Origin: Dicyema japonicum
Lineage: Eukaryota > Animalia > Dicyemida
Direction of reading: 5' to 3'
NCBI GenBank assembly: GCA_011109175.1
Contig: RDEW01000034.1
Location: 517,556-581,555 of the forward strand
DNA length: 64,000 nt
The notes under the pieces were generated by a model. That model ran no database searches and was not told the DNA's origin. It worked only from the letters and a program-made list of their open reading frames with translations. Below, in pieces: positions 16,258-27,959 of the stretch; position 1 is the stretch's first letter, and every line of letters starts with the position of its first letter. Made by a program: the position numbers and the translations under genes.

Positions 16258-17720
16258 TTAACTACTAACTAAGTGATCCCGGTTTTTCGGGTTCTGGCTC
16301 TCGTTCGGGGTCCTCGAAGATCCAACAGAATTGGTGGAAACGGGGACGGTCTCATTCTCAATAGATTTCCCGCATTTTCTAGATAGTCAGATATAGATAG
16401 TGAAAGCGGACAGCCGGTTTTTATTGCCCACTGAAGAAATGACTTCACTCTCCACCTTAGGTGTTCTTAAACATTCAATACGTTATCCACAGTTTTCTTA
16501 TTTATTATTTCAAGGCAGCAAGTTGTGCGGCTTCTAATTTTTGAGACGACGATTCAGAAATCATAGAGCTCCAGGAGGGACATGCATATTCGATTACTGG
16601 CAGTATGTATTGTCTGTAAATTTTCTGTAGTAAGAAGGTGTTGTGCCCGATTGGTGATCGGGACAAAATTTTCAATATGTTGGTCCTCCTCCTGACTTTG
16701 GTAATAACGTCATTGACATGTTGGCCGAATGTCAGGAGAGTATCCAACTTTAATCCTAGTATTGTTGGAGACTAATTTATATGAATTCCATATCCAAACA
16801 ATTTGATTTTGGGAGAGTATAATGATCTTCTATATGTAGAGAAAATTGTTATAAACGACTTTCCTGTAGAAACTTCCAGTCGATTTGATGTGAGCCAATG
16901 TTCCAGCATACTAATATAACTTTGAAGTTTTATCCCTGCCTTCTCATAGTTAGAGTCTCTCGTTGAAAGAACAATTTCATCTGCGTATGAGAGTATTAAT
17001 GTATCGGGATCGTCGGTTATTGGTGTACAGGTTGAAGAGTAGGGGAGAGAGGGGTGAACCGTGAGAGACACCATTCGGCAATAAACGGGATTTAGATTTT
17101 CTGTTGTCTGACATCACTTGTCCTCTTCTTCCACTTAAAAAGTTCGACAGCCATCTTTTAATGTTTGGATTTATAAGAATGTTAGAAATTTTCTCTATAA
17201 GCAGCGTCCGGGAAACGGAGTCGAATGCTTTCTTCAAGTCTATTGAAGCCATTATGGTCCTTTTATGTGGTTTTGGATAAGAGAATCCATCATAAATATA
17301 TTGAGTTAATTTTGTTAAGTGAGTCGTAGTAGAATGATTTTCACGGAATCCATGCTGGAATACTCGATTTGGTACAATATTTTTGATTCGTGTTAAGATT
17401 AATTTTTCTAAAATTCTGGACATTGCACATAGTATTGCAATTGGACGATAAGAAGAGGGATCGTTTGCAGGTTTGTTTGGCTTCCGAATTGGCAGAATTA
17501 TGGATTTCTTCCATATAGAAGGTATCATATTATTGTTCACAGATAGAGTATAAACGTATGATAGGAATTCGGTTGCCTTTTTACCCAGGTGTTTCAGTTC
17601 CATCATCGAGACATTGTCAGCATATCGGGAACGTGAGTTTTTGGCATCCATGATTGCGTTTCGAACTTTTTGTGGAGTAAAGACAATCAAATCATATGAT
17701 GGATACAACTTCTTGTAGAC
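16258..17720 (-). mobile_element. 5'-truncated Ingi/Vingi-like LINE with RT
   Basis: ORF 16977..17708: YRPIAIL, QHGFR, DLKKAFD, GVSHGSPLSPLLFNLY; then YADE and DTLLTFGQHV. 3' end GGGATCACTTAGTTAG. Confidence 0.92.
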
Positions 17721-17879
17721 TCACTATCCATTGAAAATTGAAAATGGTTAAAAACCTGATTTGAGATGAGCACGTGATTAAAGATATTTCCAATGCCAAA
17801 ACTAATCTAGCAATTTGTAGGGATTATTGGACTGGAAAATTTCAGTCGTTCGCGACTCTATTTTCCTTGTATTCCGAGT

Positions 17880-18985
17880 GAATATGGAGATCGATGGCAG
17901 TGCTGTCTTCGACAAGGAAACACATGGGGCTCCATCTTAGCTAATGCAACTCAACCTGCTCTCCCGACGAAAGTAAGCTGGACTACTGTAGGGAGAAAGA
18001 GGATGTCTGCGGTTTCCACAAAACCGCAAAAAAAACCTCAAATGGCCCTAAAAGCCATTCGTAGGCTCGAATCCTTCCAGAAAACACAAGCCGAAGAGGG
18101 ACAACAGGAATCAGGTAAGTATGGGGCTTACTACACTAGTGAGGCTATAGGTCCCAAACACAGGAGTAGTGAAGCTTCCATGGACAATAAGAACTCTGGC
18201 TGCTTATGGCAAAGAAAGGGTATTAAGAGAGGAGAATTCCAGTTGTTGAAGGAAGACGCCCAGATTTTGATGCTGAGATTAATGATAAGGTAAAACTTTT
18301 GGGTCCGGAGCACATAACATGTTACGGGTAATTCCTTAGGTGACCGAGTCGGTTGAACTAGTCTTCGGAGTTCCCCTGGACTTCGTAGATTGTGATGTAC
18401 TGAATAAGATTAAGCAAGCTTGCCTCTCGGCGCACAAGATTAATAGCCTCAAAAGTGGGAGGAGGAAAGTCCGGACCATAAAGGTCTGGCTTCGTTCTGA
18501 TGAACTGTGGTGAAGAAGGACGAGCCATTTAAGATTCCTCCTGTATCAAAAGGCATCGGTTAAGGTACCAGAGAGAAGAAGGCATGTATCCTCTTCTGGA
18601 ATGGTTAGTGATGTAGGGACTATCCATCGCGTGGTAAAAGGATATTGCAGCACTTCTGGCTCTACTTTCCCTAATACTCTCAGGGATATCTCTTTGTGAT
18701 ACAGGAAAAAGAATGTGCCGAAATAATGCTTAACATCGTTTCGATGGACGTCAGGTTCCTCCAGAAAAGAAGGAAGGCTCTTGAAGATCTTCTTGATACC
18801 CTGGAGGCCGACATCTTGATCCTCAACGAGACAAAGTGCAAGGATACGACTGCTGCAGACTTTAAGGGCTATTCTAGTTGTCATCTTTTATGGAAAGATA
18901 CACATCGAGGTTCGGGAACTAGTATCTATTGGAGGACGAGATTTGCAGCAGTCGTCCAAGGTACCTCACTTTGCCCCCATTGAGA
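17880..18985 (+). mobile_element. Jockey/I-like two-ORF LINE 5' part (ORF1 remnant + start of APE)
   Basis: ORF1-like LVFGVPLD...GRRKVRTIKVWL. APE start NIVSMDVRFL...DILILNETK...GSGTSIY, related to ORF 41701. Confidence 0.75.
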
Positions 18986-19019
18986 ACTTATTTTAATACG
19001 CATTAGGCTTCCTCGTTTT

Positions 19020-19560
19020 TCGGTTATCATTGGGGTAATGTATGCCAAGCAGTTGCGGTTGTATATCACATTAAGGCTGTTTTTCCCAATTGCGTTATAT
19101 TTGGCGACCTGTTGGTCTGGACAGAGGAGACGGAAAACGTCCCGACGGGATCACAATTTTCCCATTCGAAGAGGGGAAACCTTTGGTCTGGGACGCTACT
19201 TGTGTCGACACGCTTTGCCCGTCCAACATTGTCGGGAGCGCGGTAGACACACTGTATTCCGCGGAAAAAACGATGATGGCAAAGGAGAAGAAATACGAAG
19301 CGCTACGCGACCGATTCGCGTTTTATCCGATAGTGGTCGAGACAACTGGAGGAATAAGTGGAAAATCGCTTCGCTTCCTAAAGAAACTTGGACGCTTAGC
19401 TACACTAAAAAGCCACGACGCACGTGAGACCCGGTGGCTACTCCAGTTGATCTCTGTTGCAATCGTGAGAGGCAACGCAACATCGATAATGTCGGCGGGG
19501 TCCACTTTGGATGGCAGTTTTAAATATGATTTACTGGGGATAAATTAACTGATTATTTTT
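19020..19560 (+). mobile_element. CRE-clade 3' fragment (REL domain)
   Basis: GKRPDGITIFPFEEGKPLVWDATCVDT...KKY...IVVETTG...VRGNA. Confidence 0.92.
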
Positions 19561-19599
19561 GGCGATCTTAATTAAAGGCATACTGATTTTGGTTGCGTT

Positions 19600-19990
19600 G
19601 CTAGCAATAGGGGTCGACTCTGCGTGACTTGACTTAGAACTCGGACTCTCCGTCACGAAGTCGACGGATCAAAACCATAAAGACACGAGGACTCGGTCTG
19701 GCACGAAGGCCTCCGACTCGCCCTTGTAGAGACAAAAATACACTGGAGCTGAGAAGCTGGATCTCCAGCTTCTTGGAAGACCGGACAAACTACGTAAGGC
19801 TGCCGATCTAGTTTGTTTAGATCTAACCAGGGAGTTCCACAAGGTTGTATTTTTGGGGGACTACTATAGAGCGCCATTACAGGATAGAGGATACAGAAAT
19901 TTCAAAATTCTACGGGAGATAATAGAGAATATCCTCCGTAACTACAGAATTCGTGATAGGACATGGCAACTGATAGACGAGAGAGGCCAA
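19600..19990 (+). mobile_element. LINE RT fragment, probably continuing the 17.9-kb element after the CRE insertion
   Basis: DSVWHEGL, LRSWISSFLEDRTNYVR, QGVPQGCI. Then jumps to a C-terminal-like IERHYRIEDTEISK. Confidence 0.7.
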
Positions 19991-20143
19991 GGCGGCGAAA
20001 AGGTCAGAAACTTATCTTCCCTAACTATTATTTCTTTGACTAATAAAGAGTTACACGCTAAAAAGGACCACAATAAACCGTCCAGGAACTCCAAGAGAGG
20101 ACCCCATGGTATTTAAAATGTCCCTAATATAATTATTATTTAA

Positions 20144-20213
20144 GCGATGAAGGTAGTCGAACCTTAGACCTCAAGGTTTTTGGTCCAGAACTTATTACAT
20201 TGCGCCATCTGGC
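20144..20213 (-). pseudogene. Degenerate tRNA-like sequence
   Basis: GCCAGATGGCGCAATG...AGGTTCGACTACC carries A and B boxes, but the cloverleaf is poor. Confidence 0.45.
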
Positions 20214-20336
20214 AAATATTGATTTGAATAAAAAAAGTAATTAATAACAATTATATTTACTTTAAACAGAATTAATTAATTTGTAAATAAATAATTTTAT
20301 ATTAAAAATTAAAAAATAGGAAATTTAATTATCAAT

Positions 20337-21991
20337 GTGGTGACTATGAGTATGAATTGGCTTGACTATATGAAGTTTATTTATCCCGAAAAAGGAGATA
20401 ATTTTTATAATTTTTACATTGACACAAAAAATAATCGTTTAACGTACAAAACTGAAGGTGGATTGCTGTCAGTATCGACAATTTCATATTTTCCACTGGA
20501 CACATATTATATTATTATTCCCACACAAGGCTCTACTTTTACAATTATGTAGTTTTGTAAAGGAATGCTTAGAAATGAACAAACTCAGTGGACTTTGGAA
20601 TGTCCGGACGATTTAGGTAAACGGAGAGTTCTCACCAAGCTTTATCAGACAAGACACGGGGAATGAATTAAAGTAATTTTAGAAAACCTCAAAAACCTCA
20701 AAGGATGATGAGGATGGATTTTACCGTGAGTTTTTATACAATGAACTAATGGACTGCATAAAATTAAATATAAAATGGCCAATAATTGAAACAAATAGTG
20801 CCTGTTTGGAATACTACAGTCCGTCGTCAAAGTTGAATGCCAAAAAGTCATTTATTAAAAGTTACAGAAAATATGTGACAATTATAATATTATTTTAGAC
20901 AAAGAATAATGATGGTTTGTATGTAACGTGGGATAGGATTCTAGAAGGTCTGAAGAGTGCAGACATATTCTTAAACGTTGATGCCAAGACTGCGATAAGG
21001 AATGGAGTCCCGACTGATTACCGAGGACTGGTGTGGAAGCGGTGAGATGTAATATTATTTGTTAGACTGATTCAACTAAAATTGGAGATATTTGACCTTG
21101 GGATAACCCACATGTGTTATGTTGGATTTAAGGCTGAAACGGAAGGTCCTAAGCTGCAAAGTGAATTTGTTGAGCAAGTGAATGATAATATTATATTGTA
21201 GATAAATAAAGATGTTAATAGAACTAAATTAAATGATGATAATTATTCAATTAGTCAAAACAAACTAAGACAAGTATTATGCTCATTCTCATTACATAAA
21301 CAGTCAGATGGATATTGCCAAGTTTACTTTACTTTAATCCTTAGGGAGTTAACTTTATAGCTGCCTTCCTTCTTAAATATTTGAGTGAAGAGGATGTATT
21401 CTTCACTCTCATTTTGCTAGTTAATAAAATATTACCACCAAACTACTTTGGAATAAAATTACACAATATTATAGCAAACCAAGCCAGTTATCTTTGCTCG
21501 TAGTTTAGTATTCAATGAACTACTTGCTGATAAATGTCCTGCTGTTCACAAACACTCCAGAAAATATGGGGTTTTAATAAATGATTTCACTACCTCATGG
21601 TTTGTTACCCTCTTTACTGGCTCATTCTCATTACAAGTTGTCTCATATATTTGGGATTGTCTTCTCTTTGAGGGGGAAAAGGTAATTACTGATTATTAGT
21701 AGATTATCTTTAGATTTGCTCTTGCCTTTATTAAGTATAATGAGGACTATATACTCTCACTCAAGTCATCCACAGAAATTAGACTCTTTTTACAGGATAT
21801 CCCCAATAAATCATATGATTTGACATTATTACGTAATGTTACCCCTTTCCTTATTCTTAGATTGCTTTCAACTCTATTAATCCATTTCCCATCAACAGAA
21901 TTATTACAAGACGAACTTTCTTCCTGGATAAATTGAATAATGTAACTATTTTATTTATTTATAGAATCACGATATTATTGATTATATTTAA
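20337..21991 (+). CDS. TBC1D2: PH + TBC (RabGAP) domain protein, TBC1D2/2B-like, multi-exon
   Basis: PH-like N-terminus. TBC motifs IRNGVPTDYRGLVWK, DVNRT, GYCQ|GVNFIAA, WFVTLF, IWDCLLFEGEK|IIFRFALA, then IAFNSINPFP. Introns of 21-24 nt. Start codon uncertain. Confidence 0.82.
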
Positions 21992-22069
21992 TTATTTAAT
22001 ACCTGTTTGCGGTTATCACGAATTTAAGATATTTTAGACATTGAGACCTTTTTCACAATATTAAATTGT

Positions 22070-22560
22070 GCCTGAGCAACTTCATTTCCGTCAAAGTGGG
22101 AGAGCACGCTCGCCTATCGGATTACCTCAATGATCTCCAGTATCGTCTGCATTATTCAACCTGTTTTTATCTGATATCTCAAATGTAAATGATCCAGACA
22201 TGTTGTTCTAGCTTATGCAGATGATATCATCAAATCCAATTTGAGGCCGAACTGTATATTGGGGATACTTCTATATCAAGTAAACAGAAGATTCTCGGAG
22301 TTACATAAGACATACTAATGACTTTCCCCCAATACACTTAGAAGTCTTTACAAAATGACTTGTAAAGTAGAATGTGGGAAAAATTATAAAGAATCCTTTT
22401 CTTTCTGTCGACAGACTGTACAACAGTTTATCCCATCAAAAATCGAATACGATTGTCTCGCTTGGAGTTCCGCAGTATCCTCCAAACTTGATAAATTATA
22501 TTCAATCAACCAAAAAATTTACGTTCGCTTTACACATCTTTACACCTCATACCACTTTTT
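22070..22560 (+). mobile_element. Degraded LINE RT fragment
   Basis: GLPQ..SSALFNLF, AYADDII, KILGVT, IEYDCLAWS. Confidence 0.8.
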
Positions 22561-22622
22561 AGTTTGAATAAGAATTTTGGGTTCTTACTGCGATCATTTT
22601 TCCAAATTTTTAGCTTATTTGT

Positions 22623-22875
22623 AGCCAGGTGGCATAGTGGTTAGGTGTCGGGCTAAAGTGACTAAGGATACGTGTTCGATTCTCGCTGCTGTTCTCCTGG
22701 TGGAAGGTTCCACGCATCTACGATGCTAAAAAGGCTTGACGAGTGACGCCGTCATCAGTGGACTCTCACTGCGGAACTGAATTGTCAAAAAAAGACCCAC
22801 ACACAAGAAAAAGAAGTGAAGATCATTCCTTGGTTCTACGATTAGTTAAAATTAACTGTTACTTCATTTAAATAA
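22623..22875 (+). mobile_element. tRNA-derived SINE candidate
   Basis: tRNA-like head 22623-22690 related to 449-516, followed by a unique body and an ATTAGTT...AAATAAA tail resembling the local LINE tails. Confidence 0.55.
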
Positions 22876-22994
22876 AGTGTGTGTCCTGCCTATGCGGAGC
22901 TAATACCACGGCTCCGTGAAAAATACTATCATTATTGTAAAAACTATATTTTTGAAATTTTATTGTTAATTGGGGTTTCATTAAACAATAAAAT

Positions 22995-23720
22995 ATTATT
23001 AACTAACAACAACGGAGAAGGGCAGCTGCTGACATTATGGAGTAAGCGTTTCCGCGGACAACTACAATCCCAATTCGTTGCCTCAGCCAGACCGCTTCAC
23101 GCACGTCTTTCTTACGATGGGCCAATTTCCCCCCGATTTCCTTCAGGAAAGAGACTGTGATACTTCCCGCGGCACCAGACGTCTTGATTGCCACCGGTAC
23201 AAAACGAAAGCGGTCTCCAATTTCGCCATATTTTTTAATCTTGATATTCTCGGCCAGATCGGCTGCCAATCCAGCAGACTGCGCTGAGCATCATCGGGTT
23301 CGAGTGCACAGTCTCATACGAGCGATTTTCCCTCAGTGAATGGAAAGATTATTTTCCCGTCCAATCTCACGGGCTCCAGCACTGCCGGGAAGCCTGCAGC
23401 TTCAAGAGCACGCATGACAATGTTGTTCATAGCAGCGTGGCGGGGTGGTCTGCCCGCACTCCTTTTTCACGAAAGCGGATGCACCCCTTTGGCATCGACG
23501 ATCCCTCCACAACGACATTGGTGTTCGACGCAAACATCAACTCCCAGGTGTTGTGCGATCCCAATCCGAATACAGTCATCGTCCAATAGGGTCCCCAGGG
23601 AAGAACACAGGAGTGCATTTAGCCACGCTCCGCTCCCATGGTTGGACTCAGACTTTAGCACGTCTAAGACAACATGTCGTGTCCAGTCTTTTGGGTATAA
23701 TACGTGTTGCTTCATGATGC
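22995..23720 (-). mobile_element. CRE-clade 3' fragment
   Basis: GSGAWLNA, CRCGGIVDAKGVHPLS, KKY..RFRFVPVAI.TSG, VVRGNAYS. Confidence 0.9.
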
Positions 23721-23869
23721 GAACGTTGCTCCATGATGAGGTTCCGTAGTAATGAGCGATTCTTATGTTCAGGTCCGTGAGAATAAACAATTCGCAATAC
23801 AATTAATAATACGCTCCACGACACCACCACGTTAGTTTAATTTCTGAGTCTAATTATTTTTAATTATCG

Positions 23870-24065
23870 GAAGCACATAAAAGTTGTTTTGAATCAGTCG
23901 CCGTGGAAACGGAAGGAATCATAGGAAAGGTCACTGACCCTGATAAACAGATCCGAAGAAGAAAAAGAATAGAAAAAAAGCTCATCTATTGAGCGCATTT
24001 CCATGCAAATTATTTAAGGAAATGCGTTCTCAATTACCAGAGCATCAATGATTGTTAACTGTTAG
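23870..24065 (+). mobile_element. Short CRE-clade 3' remnant
   Basis: FESVAVETEGIIGK and ..MQII.GNAFSI.RAS. Confidence 0.65.
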
Positions 24066-24138
24066 TTTTAGTCAAAAATTATCTTAATAAATCCTTTTAT
24101 TTAGAGAACCCAATCCAATCAAATTATTAATAATCTAA

Positions 24139-24837
24139 TTAAATGATAACTCCAATAATAATTAGAGCATTCAGGAAATGAATAATATTGAATGCTGAAT
24201 ATATTATAATAATACAATTTATTCCAATATTACTGCGATCTTTGGTGGTTAATTTTTCAGAATCTTCATCATCATCGTCCATTTCTAAATTTAATAATTT
24301 GTTAACGTTTAATTCTTGTCAAAAAATCTGCTTTGCTTATACTTTGAAGAGTAGCAATTTGAGTAGGTGTTCTAAAATAATGTTAGATTATTAACAAATA
24401 ATTTCCGTACTTTTCACTTTTTGAAAAAATATTTTTAAACAGACATTGAAATATATTTACAATATAGAACTATTAATTTAAATTATTATACAAATCTTGA
24501 TCTCGCTGTTATCGTGAAAGTATTATCTCTGTAATCACAATTATCTTCACCAGGACTAATAAAATTAATTTTTGAATTACATTATTGTTATGGTAAGCTC
24601 AGGATCACTTTCCACTTCGATTACAGTAATAAAACTACTTAAAGCCTAATCATTAATAACACATTTTGACTGTTTTAAAGAATTGTAAATCATTCCCCTA
24701 ATAGTTAATAAAGTAAATTACTGAGACACCATTAAACTTTATTTTCAAAGTGTTTAATGTGTTTTGTTGTAAACCTATTTTATTATAAAATTAATACAAA
24801 TCTCTTTTATTCCTAACAAAATCACTAACAAGAACAT
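24139..24837 (-). CDS. Orphan protein of about 165 aa, 9 exons, with N-terminal signal-peptide-like and C-terminal hydrophobic segments
   Basis: Removing 8 GT-AG introns (23, 24, 25, 25, 22, 39, 22, 21 nt) gives an uninterrupted frame MFLLVILLGIKEICLQ...MDDDDEDSEK...FNIIHFLNALIIIGVII*. Confidence 0.75.
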
Positions 24838-25029
24838 TTGAGTTTTACCGAAATTGAATATTTATATTATTTATTACTTTCTTGGAATTTTTACTACAAA
24901 CATGCATTAATGACTTGAAAATAAATTTACATAAATTTAGAATGAACAACAAAGCAATCTTTGCAATCCGATGGTGGTTTGTCTTTAGAAATTCATGAAA
25001 ATTTAAAGGGAAGAAATTCCAAATGTTTT

Positions 25030-26585
25030 ACGTCGACAATTGTTCAAAATTCAAGAGATAGATCCGGCATCTTTTATTCCGATAGAAGTACAAGATACAA
25101 GAAGTAGTTATAAAGAAAAGTCGAAACTGAGTGGTCCCTTGTGTCATCCTATAACGCTGGAAGAAATAAATGCTGCAATTAAGGGTTGCAAAAATAAAGC
25201 ACCAGGGTGGGATTTTATCCCAATGAGTATTTTCAAGAACGCAGGCCCAATTTTAATTGAGTGCCTAAAAATATTATATAATTCTTCTTGGAGTTTTGGT
25301 CATGTTCCAGCTTATTGGAAACGAACAATTGTACGCATGGTTGTGAAAAAAGGAAAGCCAAGGTCAAAAGCAGATAGTTATAGGCCAATTAGCCTAGTCT
25401 GCTCAATATCGAAAGTTATGGAAAAAATTGTTTTCAATCGTCTATCAAGGCATGTTGAGGATAATAATTTTCTCTCTGATAATCAACTGGGATTTCGGCA
25501 TAAAAAAGGGACTGGAGATTGCTTTAAAGAGCTAAGATCTGCAATCGAAATTTCACGAAATAAAAAGGAATTTCTTACAATAGCATGTTTGGATATAACA
25601 AAAGCGTTTGACAGTGTTTGGCACTTTGGACTTGTTGATACGTTGTCAAAAGCAGAAATTGGGAAAACTGCGTTATTATGGATAGAAAACTTTCTTTCAA
25701 AAAGAAAGTCATATATACGTGTTGGAAATTTAATTTCAAAGAAAATTGAATTGCGAAGAGGAGTTCCACAGGGTTCAATTCTCAGCCCGCTACTCTTCAA
25801 TTGCGTAATGAGAGATTTGCCGAAAACAGAGAGCGTAAATAGTCAAATGATTATTTATGCTGATGACATTCTTGTGCTTGATTCAAGCATGAATAAACAA
25901 ATTTCATGGAAAAGGGTGGAATCCCATATTACTAAGATTGGAAAGTGGTGCCAAAACAATGGGTTGACTCTATCGAGGGAAAAAACAACAGTCACTTGGA
26001 TTGCAAGTAAAAGAAAAAATATTAATCAATGTGTGAATACTGGGGATATAAAAATCTCTGAAACATTGAAGTATCTCGGATTGTTGATAGACCGAAGAGG
26101 ATCTTTCAAGGAACATATTAAAACACGAAGAAAGAAAGCTACAGGAATGTTGAAATCTTTAATTCGATTTCATTTGGAGCCTGAAACTTTTCTTTTTGTG
26201 TATTCGGCGTGTGTTGAACCTTCTTGATATATGGTTATCAAGGATGGTTTAGAACAAAAGAAAGTGATGTCTTTGTCAAAAAATTGGAAAAGTCCAGAAG
26301 ATTTGCGATTAAATTGGCATATGGACTGGACTTAAAATCCAATATCGAAGAGGATTACGACCTGAAAGTCAGAAAGATAGAAAAATTATTACATCACTTA
26401 TGGAAAATGTGATGTAATTTTTGGGGTCCAAACGAAGTAGAGACATGTGGTGTCTCATAAAATGACCCTACACGATGAATACAAACCCACTTAATTAGTT
26501 TTGGTTCAGGTTTTGGTTTCTTTACAGTAATTAGTTTTGGGGTTTGTTAGAAAATAAAATTTGTCTTGTCTTGTCTTGTCTTTAA
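25030..26585 (+). mobile_element. 5'-truncated jockey/I-like LINE with nearly intact RT
   Basis: ORF 25040..26227: KAPGWD, YRPISL, LDITKAFDSVWH, GVPQGSILSPLLF, YADD, KYLG. Tail CACTTAATTAGTT...(CTTGT)n. Confidence 0.95.
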
Positions 26586-26749
26586 AGGAAGAGCTGTTGA
26601 AGATCAAAATATTAAAAATCTGGGGAAAACAATAAGATTACATAATGTGTGATAGTCTATATTGAATAATACCTAGTCACTTCACCGTTTAGATAAATTG
26701 GCTTTTCCAGAGTGTGCAGTTGTGGTCTTTTTAGTATGATCCTTTGTTC

Positions 26750-26990
26750 TATACATTCATACAATGGATCTGAATAAAGAAATCTAGAAAATAAAAAAAC
26801 TTTGCACTAATTTCAACATCAAGTATTAACGGAAGGCATAATAATCCTCAGACACAAGGGATTGTAGAAATATTCAATCAAAGGATAACGATAAAGTTGT
26901 CCAAAATGCTGCATAACAGTGAAAAAAGTGGCTTGATAAGTTATAGAATACTATGTACATATTCATTTTCTAACGAAAGTCCTTTCGAAA
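26750..26990 (+). mobile_element. DDE/rve integrase remnant (Ginger- or LTR-type)
   Basis: NPQTQGIVEIFNQRITIKLSKML resembles the PQxxGxVERxNxTIK integrase motif. Confidence 0.5.
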
Positions 26991-27244
26991 GATATCGAAA
27001 AATAAAGGAATAAATTCAATAATTCATGGTTATACACATATCCATTATGGTGGTTCCCAAACTGGGATCCGGGGAACCCCAGGGTTCTGCGAAATTTATT
27101 ATATAATGTGACCGGTTCAGAATGAGATACGGTTGAATACGAGCCGTTAAATATCGATATTCAATGTACCGATTTAAACAGCCAATCAAACAAAATGGCA
27201 ATCGTCCCAGATAACAGATAACATGATTTATTCGCAAAATCCCA

Positions 27245-27935
27245 ACTAACTAAACAAGGTAAGAGCCATTAACTAATGAGGAAAACCAAGATTTGGGGTC
27301 GTCTATATCGGGGCACTCTCATGAGACACCGTATGTCTCTTCTCCGTAAAAAGCCCCAATTACAATGCGAGTTTCCACAAGCAATGTAATAAATCACCGA
27401 TTCTTCTCGTTTTTCTTTCGTATTCGTCATCAATTTCAGATGCTAAATCCAATCCATGTGCTTCAATTTAGTTTCGTTTATAATAGAACTTCCATCTGGA
27501 TCGTGCTATAGCAACCAGCACTGAGGCCCGTTTCCGAAGAGAACGGGCATTAATCAGGGTTATCCTGACTACTTCTGGTTTTTTCGGTGGCTGCCCTCTC
27601 TTCTTAAGAGCACCACTCTCTTCTCTGTGTTGAAGCTTCTACTGTTTCTTTTTTAGAAGGTTTCTTATTATATGTCGTATTCCAGCCAGTCTGCCCATAC
27701 ATTCTAAACTCTGACTTTTAATTTCTTATTCGTTCCAATTTTGGAAACTTCACTTTCTCCATTATGGGCATTTTCTCGTTTTAGAGATAATTTTCCATTC
27801 GATTCTTTCCTTTTTGGTCAATTTTGTTTTTTTTTCGCTATGTTAGCTTCAACAGCCTTGGGACATCTTCCATAATTGGCAAAGTCGATGGATGAACCAC
27901 AATTCAAAGGACTTATTATTGTTTGTAACCGGACA
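27245..27935 (-). mobile_element. Internally deleted jockey/I-like LINE (ORF1 end + first ~35 codons of APE fused to the ORF2 C-terminus and 3' UTR)
   Basis: Knuckle remnant LNCGSS..ANYGRCP; TLINARSLRKR...NETKLK joined at about 27460 to AHGLDL..IDDEYE, homologous to 26310-26500. Confidence 0.75.
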
Positions 27936-27959
27936 CTGCGATCTTCTTTCAACACATCT

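Noticed and set aside
22692-22775. Ribozyme (HDV or hammerhead) in the SINE body
   Set aside because: TCCTGGT loop, hairpin and CTAA are present, but there is no P1 or P2 partner. CTGATGA on the minus strand lacks the GAAA core.
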